From Pseudobacteriovorax sp. (GTDB taxonomy: Bacteria; Bdellovibrionota_B; Oligoflexia; Oligoflexales; Oligoflexaceae), in contig JBNKNM010000028.1 of the NCBI GenBank assembly GCA_050293845.1, positions 1 through 40,486 of the forward strand: a stretch of DNA of 40,486 nucleotides. Direction: 5' to 3'. Position 1 is the stretch's first letter. Each line of letters starts with the position of its first letter. The notes below the pieces were generated by a model that saw nothing but the letters and a program-made list of their open reading frames with translations, had not been told where the DNA came from and made no database searches. Made by a program: the position numbers and the translations under genes. Positions 19,218-27,836 of the stretch are shown here, in pieces.

Positions 19218-19985
19218 ATGAATATATTTTTTTATTTAGTCGTTTTCGGAACGGTGATGGGCTGTGTTACCAAACACCCCTCATCACTGGATACCGTCCC
19301 ACCGCTAACTGTCCAAGCTGTGAAGCCAAAAAGCTGTGACACCATCAACCGGGATTGTCCCCAGAATGATAGCGTTCGCGTGTTCTGTAAGGCCTATCAT
19401 GATAAAGGTATATCGACGACCTGGGCTAATAGCCCCTGTCTTGGCGCTCAATACATCTATGATGAAACCTGCAGGTTGGGGATAACTCCCTTAAATGTTG
19501 GTGACATTAAATGTATTCCTGACCCCTCCCAAGGTGAATGCCCTTACTCTCCTAAGTTTTGTACTTATGAATTCAAGCCGAGTCGTTGTCGTGCCACTTA
19601 CTATGGAGAAACAGCATTGCCAAAAAAGTTTCAGTTGGTAGGTGGGGGAGCTAACCCCTGTACGGCTCAACAGGAACTGATGGACCTGGCATGCAAAGAA
19701 GGACTTATTCCCAGTAAATTAGGAGGCATAAAGTGCGAAGAGGATTTTACAGCCGGTGAATGTCCGCCTAATTTTAGTTGCTCGACAAAAGAGTTTTTAC
19801 GGGCGGAATGTGAAGTCAGCAGCTTCGGGAAACAAAAATTAATACCACAATGGGTTGCTAAGGCAAGTTCAGAATGTGAAGCCCGTTATCGCTTAAAGGT
19901 TCGCGCCTGCCGTTTTGCTAACGCTAGCAATAAATTAAAGCCAAGTCTTTTAGGTGATATTAAATGTAAGGAGAGTTCACCATGA
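19218..19985 (+). CDS. Cys-rich lipoprotein with three 6-Cys Kazal-like repeats
   Basis: Lipobox VMGC; 18 further Cys in three repeats, each with Cx10C and ending G(D/G)IKC. Confidence 0.75.
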   Translation: MNIFFYLVVFGTVMGCVTKHPSSLDTVPPLTVQAVKPKSCDTINRDCPQNDSVRVFCKAYHDKGISTTWANSPCLGAQYIYDETCRLGITPLNVGDIKCIPDPSQGECPYSPKFCTYEFKPSRCRATYYGETALPKKFQLVGGGANPCTAQQELMDLACKEGLIPSKLGGIKCEEDFTAGECPPNFSCSTKEFLRAECEVSSFGKQKLIPQWVAKASSECEARYRLKVRACRFANASNKLKPSLLGDIKCKESSP

Positions 19986-21697
19986 GAACCCAAATCCGAA
20001 ATCATCACCAAAACCCATGTTACTGCGAAAAAAAAAGGACCTCATTAATGGCTGTGACATGGTTACTCATGGGGCTTTCGCTAATCACTTGGGGATGTGG
20101 CGACGATGATGGTACATCTACTACCACAACGGAATCGAGGAATGTCCTCATTGATCTTACCAAAGCTAAGGTGGGGGAACAGTACATCATCGTACCCTAT
20201 ATCTTAGGTGATACAAATCTGATTAATGGCAAAGCTACAGAAAATGCTGTTTCCTTCTCCTTTTATAGCGAGGGAGGAACTACAGTGTCCTTACTGAAAC
20301 AAAACCACCTCACTCATTCTCAACCCCAAACGGATCATTCTTTAAGAACCCTTATCAATCGTTTCGATCCCGGAAACCCAGGCAGTATAAAGCGCACTCA
20401 GGAATATCTACAAAGCAAAAACTTCCTATCCTCACCATCGATTTGGTCTGCTGGATTTGAGACGTGGCGCAACAATTTTCCTCAACAAACACTGATACAA
20501 AATATGTATCTTACGCAAACTTCAGCTTGCCCCAACACCTTTTATACAGTTGGCAGCGAGTCTGCCATTGATACCAGTGCACTCACCAAGCGAGAGCATA
20601 CTGATTACTGCCTGATCTATCTTAGTGATACAGGAGTTTCAGAGCCAGATCCTGATACTGTTGAAACTAGTATTACCAAAGCCATAAGTGCCTACAAAAC
20701 CATTTTCAACTCCGACTTATCTACAGCTGTAGCAGGATATACCTTTAAACCTCTTATCGTTGTGCTGCCATTTAATGATGAAAACTACTGGCCCAGTGGA
20801 TTAAGCAATATTTCCGGAGCGTTCAGTGCCGCCATGTCGGCGAAAAATTTATTGCCAACCATCTATCTTGCTTCTGACCAAAAGCCTTCTGGCGCTTCGG
20901 CGGAAAATGAGCAGGATAATTTCCATGCGACCCTTGCCCATGAATTATTCCATGCCGTTTTCAACTACAGCCGTTCCTGGCTTAAGAACAATGGAGATGG
21001 CCCTGCCGACACCGTCGCTATCGACGAGGGATTGGCCCATCTTTGCGAAGATATTCTTGGTTACGGCCCCTTAAATTTTCCCAATTTTGCCGGGGCCTTT
21101 TTAACCAAATTCCCCAGCCTAGCTGTAGGAGATCAAAGTACTGCCATCTTTGATGATAGCCAAGAAAGCCTCGAAGACATCCAGCGTGGGGCAGCACACA
21201 CCTTCCTTTACTATTTAGTCAGTAAAAAAGGGGGGATTACTTTTGATAATGGTGTGGTTAACGGCGGGGAAGGGCTCTCTTTTCTCCAAGATTTTTTTAA
21301 TAGCAGTGGGGGAGTTGCTGGCCTAGCTGAAGCTTATGGCATAGACTGGGCAGAAAGCTTTGAATATTATCTTGCAGCATTAAGCGTAAATAATTCAGAT
21401 TTTGGTACCACTGTACACGATGTACAAGAACTAACTGACAATACTGACCTAAGAGGATCTATCAATAAATATGGCATGAAATTTACGAACTTTGAAGATC
21501 TCCCCCCACTAGCAGAACGCGTGGGAGGTGAGCCTTACTACGAAACAGCTGACCCCCAGAATATGACAGACATACCTCTCCATTATTACGAAGTGGCTCC
21601 CTACTTGATTTCTATTACTGAGGAAAACAGTCGATTTTCAGTTATTTTCGATTCTTACCAAATAAACGCGGGCGCAAGTCTGATTCGCGTTAAATAA
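19982..21697 (+). CDS. Gluzincin-type zinc metallopeptidase lipoprotein (clan MA, M30-like)
   Basis: Lipobox TWGC; TLAHELFH followed by IDEGLA (third ligand); ATGA overlap with the upstream gene. The start may be MAVTW. Confidence 0.75.
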   Translation: MRTQIRNHHQNPCYCEKKRTSLMAVTWLLMGLSLITWGCGDDDGTSTTTTESRNVLIDLTKAKVGEQYIIVPYILGDTNLINGKATENAVSFSFYSEGGTTVSLLKQNHLTHSQPQTDHSLRTLINRFDPGNPGSIKRTQEYLQSKNFLSSPSIWSAGFETWRNNFPQQTLIQNMYLTQTSACPNTFYTVGSESAIDTSALTKREHTDYCLIYLSDTGVSEPDPDTVETSITKAISAYKTIFNSDLSTAVAGYTFKPLIVVLPFNDENYWPSGLSNISGAFSAAMSAKNLLPTIYLASDQKPSGASAENEQDNFHATLAHELFHAVFNYSRSWLKNNGDGPADTVAIDEGLAHLCEDILGYGPLNFPNFAGAFLTKFPSLAVGDQSTAIFDDSQESLEDIQRGAAHTFLYYLVSKKGGITFDNGVVNGGEGLSFLQDFFNSSGGVAGLAEAYGIDWAESFEYYLAALSVNNSDFGTTVHDVQELTDNTDLRGSINKYGMKFTNFEDLPPLAERVGGEPYYETADPQNMTDIPLHYYEVAPYLISITEENSRFSVIFDSYQINAGASLIRVK

Positions 21698-21798
21698 GGA
21701 ACCGTACGAATCATCATCTACGGACAAGGTTTGCAATACAAAAAAGGCAGTAAGGAATTTTTCAGTCCTACCTGGGAAAACAAACAGAGGCGTATTCG

Positions 21799-23331
21799 TT
21801 AGTGGGACTTCTCATCTCCTCCAGGCAGCGACTGAAACTCATATAGGGGCTCCCTTAATAGGGCGAGATTGATGCTGCTCTCGACGAGTTCAATATTCAA
21901 ATCGTATTTTTCCACCAGTAATTCGTATAGCTGTTTCTCTTCATTAAGAAAGCGTTCAATAATATCTTCGCGCGTGACGATCCTTATATGCTTATGCCCT
22001 GTTCTGAGCACATATCTTTCAATTTCACGTACCATTTCCAAGACTGCTGATGCTGTGGTTAATGTTCGTCCGCTTCCAGCACAATAGGTGCACTCTTCAG
22101 TGAAGGTCCGCTCCAAGGATTCACGAGTCCGTTTTCTAGTCATCTGCACCAGCCCTAGCTCATTGATAGCCAATACGTTGGTGCGGGACTTATCAAGCTT
22201 TAAAGCTTCTTCCAAAGCTGTATTCACCATCTCACGATCAGAATACTCTTCCATATCAATAAAATCGATAATGATAATACCACCTAAATTCCTCAGGCGT
22301 AGTTGATGAACAATTTCATCCACAGCTTCCACATTAGTGTTGAGGATGGTCTCTTGGGCATTATGGGATCCCACATATTTACCGGTATTGACATCAAAAG
22401 ATGTTAAAGCCTCAGTCTGATCGATCACCAGGTAACCTCCCGAAGGGAGCCAGACCTTACGAGATAAGGCTTTAGCAATATCAATTTCAATACTATAATG
22501 ATCGAATACAGGAGTTTTACCTTCATATAATCGCAGCTTCTCATCGGACCCAGGATTCGTTACATCTAGAAAGTGCTCCAGTTGATTGAAGGATTGAGAA
22601 TCATCGATAACAATCTCACTGACATCTTCGGCATCCAAATCGCGGGTGGTCTTGAGTATAATATCTGGCTCTTGGTAAAGGAGAGAAGGTGCTGGACGCC
22701 GCTGCTGATTTTCCCTTACGGTCTGCCAAACTTTTAGCAGGTAAGACAAATCTTTCTCCAATAGGGTTGCTGGTGCTTCTGCAGCTGCTGTACGGACAAT
22801 TAAACCCATTCCTTTTGGTCTGATGCGATCCACTTGCTCTTCTAAAGTTTTCCGCAAGTATTCATCTTCAATACGACGGGAAATACCGATATTGTCGAAA
22901 TCAGGCATTAAAACGAGGTAACGCCCAGGAATTGTTACTAGCATAGTCACCCGTGGGCCTTTAGTGCCCAGGGGCTCTTTTGCCACCTGAACCATGATTT
23001 CTTGGCCTTCATGAAGAATCTTTTCGATGGGAGTTTTATTGCTGGTAGAACGTGGGTCAACGTCGCTACCACCAATGGATTTGATTGATTTTAGATAATC
23101 TTCATTGATGACATCGCCGCCATACAAAAATGCCGAGCGATCAGTGCCCAAATTCACAAAGGCGGATTGCATACCAGGCAAGACCCGACTCACCTTCGCC
23201 TTATAGATATTTCCTACCATACCACGACTACTCTGATGCTCGATATAAAGCTCAGCAGCGCGATTATTCTCTAAAAGTGCGATGCGCGTTTCGGAGACAC
23301 TAACATTAACAATGAGTTTTTTATCAACCAT
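21799..23331 (-). CDS. rng: Ribonuclease G (Rne/Rng family)
   Basis: GNIYKAKVSRVLPGMQSAFV (S1), DVNTGK, LRNLGGIIIIDFIDM and CxxCxGxG; 510 aa with no RNase E C-terminal scaffold. Confidence 0.93.
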   Translation of the reverse strand: MVDKKLIVNVSVSETRIALLENNRAAELYIEHQSSRGMVGNIYKAKVSRVLPGMQSAFVNLGTDRSAFLYGGDVINEDYLKSIKSIGGSDVDPRSTSNKTPIEKILHEGQEIMVQVAKEPLGTKGPRVTMLVTIPGRYLVLMPDFDNIGISRRIEDEYLRKTLEEQVDRIRPKGMGLIVRTAAAEAPATLLEKDLSYLLKVWQTVRENQQRRPAPSLLYQEPDIILKTTRDLDAEDVSEIVIDDSQSFNQLEHFLDVTNPGSDEKLRLYEGKTPVFDHYSIEIDIAKALSRKVWLPSGGYLVIDQTEALTSFDVNTGKYVGSHNAQETILNTNVEAVDEIVHQLRLRNLGGIIIIDFIDMEEYSDREMVNTALEEALKLDKSRTNVLAINELGLVQMTRKRTRESLERTFTEECTYCAGSGRTLTTASAVLEMVREIERYVLRTGHKHIRIVTREDIIERFLNEEKQLYELLVEKYDLNIELVESSINLALLREPLYEFQSLPGGDEKSH

Positions 23332-24619
23332 ATGCTACCCCATGAAGCTCAGCAATCACTCTTTGAGTGGCTCCGCAAAGTTTTTCCACTTCTTGCTTTC
23401 GAGCTTTATTTTGGCTTTTATCGTTTGAAATATTGGACTCCATAAAAACCTTTATGCTATCCGCATCCGTTATCACTGTGGCCAGCTTATGGCTCACAAG
23501 ATGGACAGCCTCTTTACTCGTCGTATGTAATGGCCCAAAGCATATAGGTATACCTCTGATGGCCGGTTCTAGAACATTGTGAACACGAAAGTGCATAGCA
23601 CCTCCTACAAATGCCATATCAACGCAACCATAGAATTCAGGTAGCAGTCCAACGCTATCAATCACAAGAATGGCGACCGTAGAATCTAGATGCTCCCTTT
23701 GGGAAAACCTAGCCACCTTAAACCCTAGCTGAAAACAATGCTTTTCTATCCATACAACCATGGCTTCGCTGGTATCATGGGGCGCTATAATAATCTGCCA
23801 ATCATTTCTAGAACTTTTGAGAGCAGCGAAAGCTTCCAGTAAAGCCTCGATATCCTGATGCCAACCACTGCCAAGGAGCAGCCTTTTCCGGCGGCCCCAA
23901 GACGCATCCAGATGTTGCTCCAAAGTAGCCCGTTTATGCTCCCTTAAGGAAAGGCGTTCTCTGACCCGATCATATTTAGTATCACCACTCACCACAACTT
24001 GGGATGCCGGGTAACCTAGTTTATGGGTAAAGAACGATTGATCCCTATCATTCACCACAAAAATCTTATTGAAGCTTTTCACCAAGTAAGACTGAACTGA
24101 TGATGCTATCCGCGAGCCTTGTGCACTATGGCTTGCAACACCATTGACTAAATACAGAGGACCAAAATACTTAGCAATCTTGAGAAACCCTGGCCACAGT
24201 TCATAACGAATGACTATAGTGGCTGTGGGTTTGAGGACCTTGAATAGGCTTATCCAAGAGAAGATATTATCCCAGGGGGCTTTTATGACAGGGGTGGATT
24301 CGCCTTGGCTAGCGGCAAAACGGATACCACTTTCCGAAAACAGGATCAGCACAGCTCCAACCGCACTATTCTTTTTCTTGATGGCAGCGATCAACGGCAA
24401 AGCTTGCTCATATTCGCCCGCAGAACTTGCAAAAAAAACAAAGAAACTGGTCGTTTGCTGTCGCATATCACCCAGCTTTCTTAGCTGTTTGGCGCTCAGA
24501 AAACGGTGTTTCGTTTGATCTTTGATAGTAGGAATCAAAGGTCCTATCATGGCCAAGAGCCGTGACATTATCGCCATACTAATATAATAAATAGGTAGTA
24601 AGGCCCTCACACTAGCCAC
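23324..24619 (-). CDS. waaA: 3-deoxy-D-manno-octulosonic acid (Kdo) transferase
   Basis: SSAGEYEQ, YELWP, GDTKYD, IAPH and AFVGG...HNVLEPA. Confidence 0.88.
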   Translation of the reverse strand: MASVRALLPIYYISMAIMSRLLAMIGPLIPTIKDQTKHRFLSAKQLRKLGDMRQQTTSFFVFFASSAGEYEQALPLIAAIKKKNSAVGAVLILFSESGIRFAASQGESTPVIKAPWDNIFSWISLFKVLKPTATIVIRYELWPGFLKIAKYFGPLYLVNGVASHSAQGSRIASSVQSYLVKSFNKIFVVNDRDQSFFTHKLGYPASQVVVSGDTKYDRVRERLSLREHKRATLEQHLDASWGRRKRLLLGSGWHQDIEALLEAFAALKSSRNDWQIIIAPHDTSEAMVVWIEKHCFQLGFKVARFSQREHLDSTVAILVIDSVGLLPEFYGCVDMAFVGGAMHFRVHNVLEPAIRGIPICFGPLHTTSKEAVHLVSHKLATVITDADSIKVFMESNISNDKSQNKARKQEVEKLCGATQRVIAELHGVAYG

Positions 24620-25754
24620 CTTCAGAGTTTTTTTGGAGCAGCTTCAAAATGTGACGCGCAATATCTCCAGCGGGAAGTAGCTTAAAACAGAGTTTGTCAT
24701 GGAAACGGCATGCAACCTTGCCATGCTTAGAGCAAGGGCGGCAACCAAGGGGACTTGAAAACCCTCGGCTCTCCTTTCTCCACGGAGCAAAGCCAAAGGC
24801 CTCTACTGTAGGCCCAAAGAGTACGGTGGCGGGCGTTCCTACACCTTCCCCAATATGACAGAGGGAGGAGTCATTCGCAATGACTGTAACAACCTCCTTC
24901 ACCGCCAAGGCGGACTCCCATAACGATAACTTACCAGCTAGATTCAGTATGGTCCCAGGCCAGAAAACCTGATCAGCTATTTCTAAGGCGCGTTGCCGAT
25001 CAACCTCATTGCCCACAAATAACAATCCAATATTTTTTTCTGCAAGAGGTGATTGATTCAATAAATGCTTCAGATGCTGGAGGATATCAACAAAAAGCTC
25101 CTCGGGAGCTCGCTTGGTTTCATGGGCAGCCCCGGGCGCAACCGCTATCCACTGACCAAACTTAAGCTCCTTCTGCCAGGACTTTAATTCAACCACATGG
25201 GCAGTCGGCAACTTTGGGGTAGGCTGGTAGCTTTTAAGGTTATCCAGTTGCTCGATGGGTAAGTGTTCCTGAATCGCCAGCAAAACTGCATCAGTCATCA
25301 TTTTAAATTGATAACGTTCCGGCTGACCATAGGCCTCCGGTATAGATTTTCTACGCCCTCTTAACCTTGCGCCCACAACCATTTGCCCTCGTTTTATGCT
25401 GTTTTTTTGGCTGGTATAGATAGGAATACCATATTCTTTATGAACAGCTCGGCAAATGGCACGGGATCTGATACTGGCCTGAAGGTCCACCAAAAGATGA
25501 ACCCCACTGACAAACTTCAGTACTCCTGACATATACTGAGAGTTTTCGGGATCTACATCGATCACCTTTAATTCAGGATACGCTGAAGCAATCAACTGCA
25601 AAGACGGGTTACGCCCAACCCAGTAAATTTCTACCGGTGCATCGATATGTTGAAGGAGGTCTATACATGCGGTCGCTAACACGACATCACCTATGCTGGT
25701 ACTCCTAATGATTCCAATTCTTACCTTTGGGGGTGATGATGACGGTGTAAACAA
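24612..25754 (-). CDS. Glycosyltransferase family 9 (LPS heptosyltransferase-like)
   Basis: SIGDVVLAT, DLQ, PGAAHETKR, LAGKLSL, NDSSLCH, LFGPT and CRPC. Confidence 0.9.
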   Translation of the reverse strand: MFTPSSSPPKVRIGIIRSTSIGDVVLATACIDLLQHIDAPVEIYWVGRNPSLQLIASAYPELKVIDVDPENSQYMSGVLKFVSGVHLLVDLQASIRSRAICRAVHKEYGIPIYTSQKNSIKRGQMVVGARLRGRRKSIPEAYGQPERYQFKMMTDAVLLAIQEHLPIEQLDNLKSYQPTPKLPTAHVVELKSWQKELKFGQWIAVAPGAAHETKRAPEELFVDILQHLKHLLNQSPLAEKNIGLLFVGNEVDRQRALEIADQVFWPGTILNLAGKLSLWESALAVKEVVTVIANDSSLCHIGEGVGTPATVLFGPTVEAFGFAPWRKESRGFSSPLGCRPCSKHGKVACRFHDKLCFKLLPAGDIARHILKLLQKNSEGG

Positions 25755-25933
25755 TAACTAGTCTCCTTGAACCATCTCAGTAGCCAGCCTACGATAGGCC
25801 ACAATATCAAATCCCCCAACTTCTGGCACTTAATAATAGTCCGAGGAAATATTTTCCCACGTGGAGCCATTGTGACACTTGTTAGCCTTGTTAGAATTAT
25901 ACTATGTCCACTGTATTTGCCTAGGAGTATCGG

Positions 25934-26872
25934 GTGACCCAACATCCACAAAATCCCCATAAGGCTAATCGAAAACGATTCCTTAATGTGATCTATTTTG
26001 TGGATTCCAATAAAACAAAGACTTTTAAGTTTAGTCTGCGGGCCAGCTATGTCGCAATTTCCTTACTGGTTATTATGCTCTTCTGGTCCATGTTTAGTAC
26101 AGCACTTTTGGTCTCAAACTACAACCGTGCTGCTGTAAGAAGCCAGCGTATTAGAAACTTACTGGCTACCATTTTTAACTATCAAACCCGCTATGACAAG
26201 GTATATGAGAAAACCTATCCTATGAAACTGCACGCCAATGATGCAGCGACCGTCACAGCTGTCAATAAAGACAGCGAAAAGGCTGACCCAGAATCAAAAC
26301 CAGAGGCCACAATCAGCCTGGCTGCCAAGCCCGCACCTCAAGCTGTTGCCACAGCAACAGCAGGAAAAACGGAGTCTACCCCCGACCCTCCTAAGAGGGC
26401 AAAACCCCAGGTGAAAGTTGAAAAGTTTAAGGTGAATACCAAGCCTGATGGGCTCAGCTTGAAGTTTGCCGTAAAAAATCTAGACCGGCCTAATAAAGCC
26501 AATGGTTATGTTATTGGGTTTGCTAAATTTTTAGGACTTAATGGTACAACCCGTCTAGTCACCTCACCCTCTGATATCAAAGAAGGTGAGCCCATTAACA
26601 AGTGGGCATTGCCCCGAGGACATCGTTTCAGCATCAGATATTATACACAGAAAACCTTAGACTTTGATCTTCCTGATAAAAATGGCGGAAGCTTTGAATC
26701 TATAAAAATTATCGTGGGAAGCAAAAACAACGAACCTTTAGAATTTGTGTATAATATCAATGGTACTGAGGGCACATTCGCTCCCATAATTCCTGATAAA
26801 AAAACTGATGATACACATGAAGAACCAAATTCAGAACAACAAGATATTCAAGAAGAGTCAGAGCCTCTTTAG
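25934..26872 (+). CDS. Membrane-anchored hypothetical protein
   Basis: Single TM near the N-terminus, a short helical segment, an Ala/Pro/Lys linker and a beta-rich C-domain; AGGAG RBS before GTG. Confidence 0.7.
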   Translation: MTQHPQNPHKANRKRFLNVIYFVDSNKTKTFKFSLRASYVAISLLVIMLFWSMFSTALLVSNYNRAAVRSQRIRNLLATIFNYQTRYDKVYEKTYPMKLHANDAATVTAVNKDSEKADPESKPEATISLAAKPAPQAVATATAGKTESTPDPPKRAKPQVKVEKFKVNTKPDGLSLKFAVKNLDRPNKANGYVIGFAKFLGLNGTTRLVTSPSDIKEGEPINKWALPRGHRFSIRYYTQKTLDFDLPDKNGGSFESIKIIVGSKNNEPLEFVYNINGTEGTFAPIIPDKKTDDTHEEPNSEQQDIQEESEPL

Positions 26873-27419
26873 TGTTTTATACCTATGGAGTATCTCCTGT
26901 TCTTCCGTTCCTATTACTGCACGAGTGCACAGCACAACAATCATTCCGGAACCTGGAAAGTATAAGACCCACCCGACCTATCTTGAAATGGACTCTCACC
27001 TTGTAGATATTCATAAAGTGGTTCGCCCCATAGCAGAAATACGTGTAGGGCCAGGTGTGCATTTTCCGATCCAAGACCAAACCATTGGCAAAGGCGAAAT
27101 TATTGTTGTTATGGAAAAGTTAAAACATTGGGTTAAAGTATATACCCCGTTTCGTTCTTTAACAGGTTGGGTACATCAGAAAACAATCCAGTCGACACCA
27201 TACCAAAAAAATTTAAAAATTCCGTTTCAAAAGTTACCCAGTGTATTTGTTATCAAAAACTTGACAAAGTTGATTGATTATCATTCTAAAAAACCTACCA
27301 TTATAAAAGCCGCAAAAGGAGCATTTTTCAAATCTCTTAAAAAAGAAAAATCCCTTACTCTCATCTATATTCCCCAAAGCAATTCCATTGCTTGGATCAA
27401 GTCAGGAGATATACAATGA
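26808..27419 (+). CDS. SH3b-domain putative lipoprotein
   Basis: Lipobox-like SISC; IRVGPGVHFP...WVKV...TGWVH is SH3b-like, with a second degenerate copy ending IAWIKSGD. The start codon is uncertain. Confidence 0.7.
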   Translation: MIHMKNQIQNNKIFKKSQSLFSVLYLWSISCSSVPITARVHSTTIIPEPGKYKTHPTYLEMDSHLVDIHKVVRPIAEIRVGPGVHFPIQDQTIGKGEIIVVMEKLKHWVKVYTPFRSLTGWVHQKTIQSTPYQKNLKIPFQKLPSVFVIKNLTKLIDYHSKKPTIIKAAKGAFFKSLKKEKSLTLIYIPQSNSIAWIKSGDIQ

Positions 27420-27814
27420 AAAATCTTTTATGGTTTGTAGCCTTTTTTATTTGTCAATGTAAAACCACTGTATCAGGAAAAATCGTATCTCCTGAAGGTG
27501 ATAGTCTTGTTTTTTCCGAAGGTAAGATAAATATCTCATCACTTTCTCATAAGAGTTTTTCAGAGGTTGTCGACATCAGAAGTGATGGTTCCTTCGAATC
27601 ACACCATGACATCAGTCCGGGGGATTATCTTGTAGAACCTCTGATTCCAGGATTTCAAAGTACATCCATGAAAGTCAGTATTCAAAGTGATAAAGAACTT
27701 ACAATCTATGCTCGACCCACTTCTTCTTCATCGCAGCACATGATTGGCACAAACCACAATTTCAAAGAAGATCTTGGGTCCGGTGATGCTGTGATCAACC
27801 CTCCTAAATTTTAA
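27416..27814 (+). CDS. Small putative lipoprotein with a carboxypeptidase-regulatory-like beta-sandwich
   Basis: AGGAGA RBS and ATGA overlap; Cys after a hydrophobic signal; VSGKIV...DGSF...ISPGDYLVEPLIPGF. Confidence 0.7.
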   Translation: MKNLLWFVAFFICQCKTTVSGKIVSPEGDSLVFSEGKINISSLSHKSFSEVVDIRSDGSFESHHDISPGDYLVEPLIPGFQSTSMKVSIQSDKELTIYARPTSSSSQHMIGTNHNFKEDLGSGDAVINPPKF

Positions 27815-27836
27815 TTTAAACGGGGAGTTACTTCCA

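Noticed and set aside
21739..21776. Possible terminator between the peptidase gene and rng
   Set aside because: An A-tract is present but the stem is too imperfect to call.
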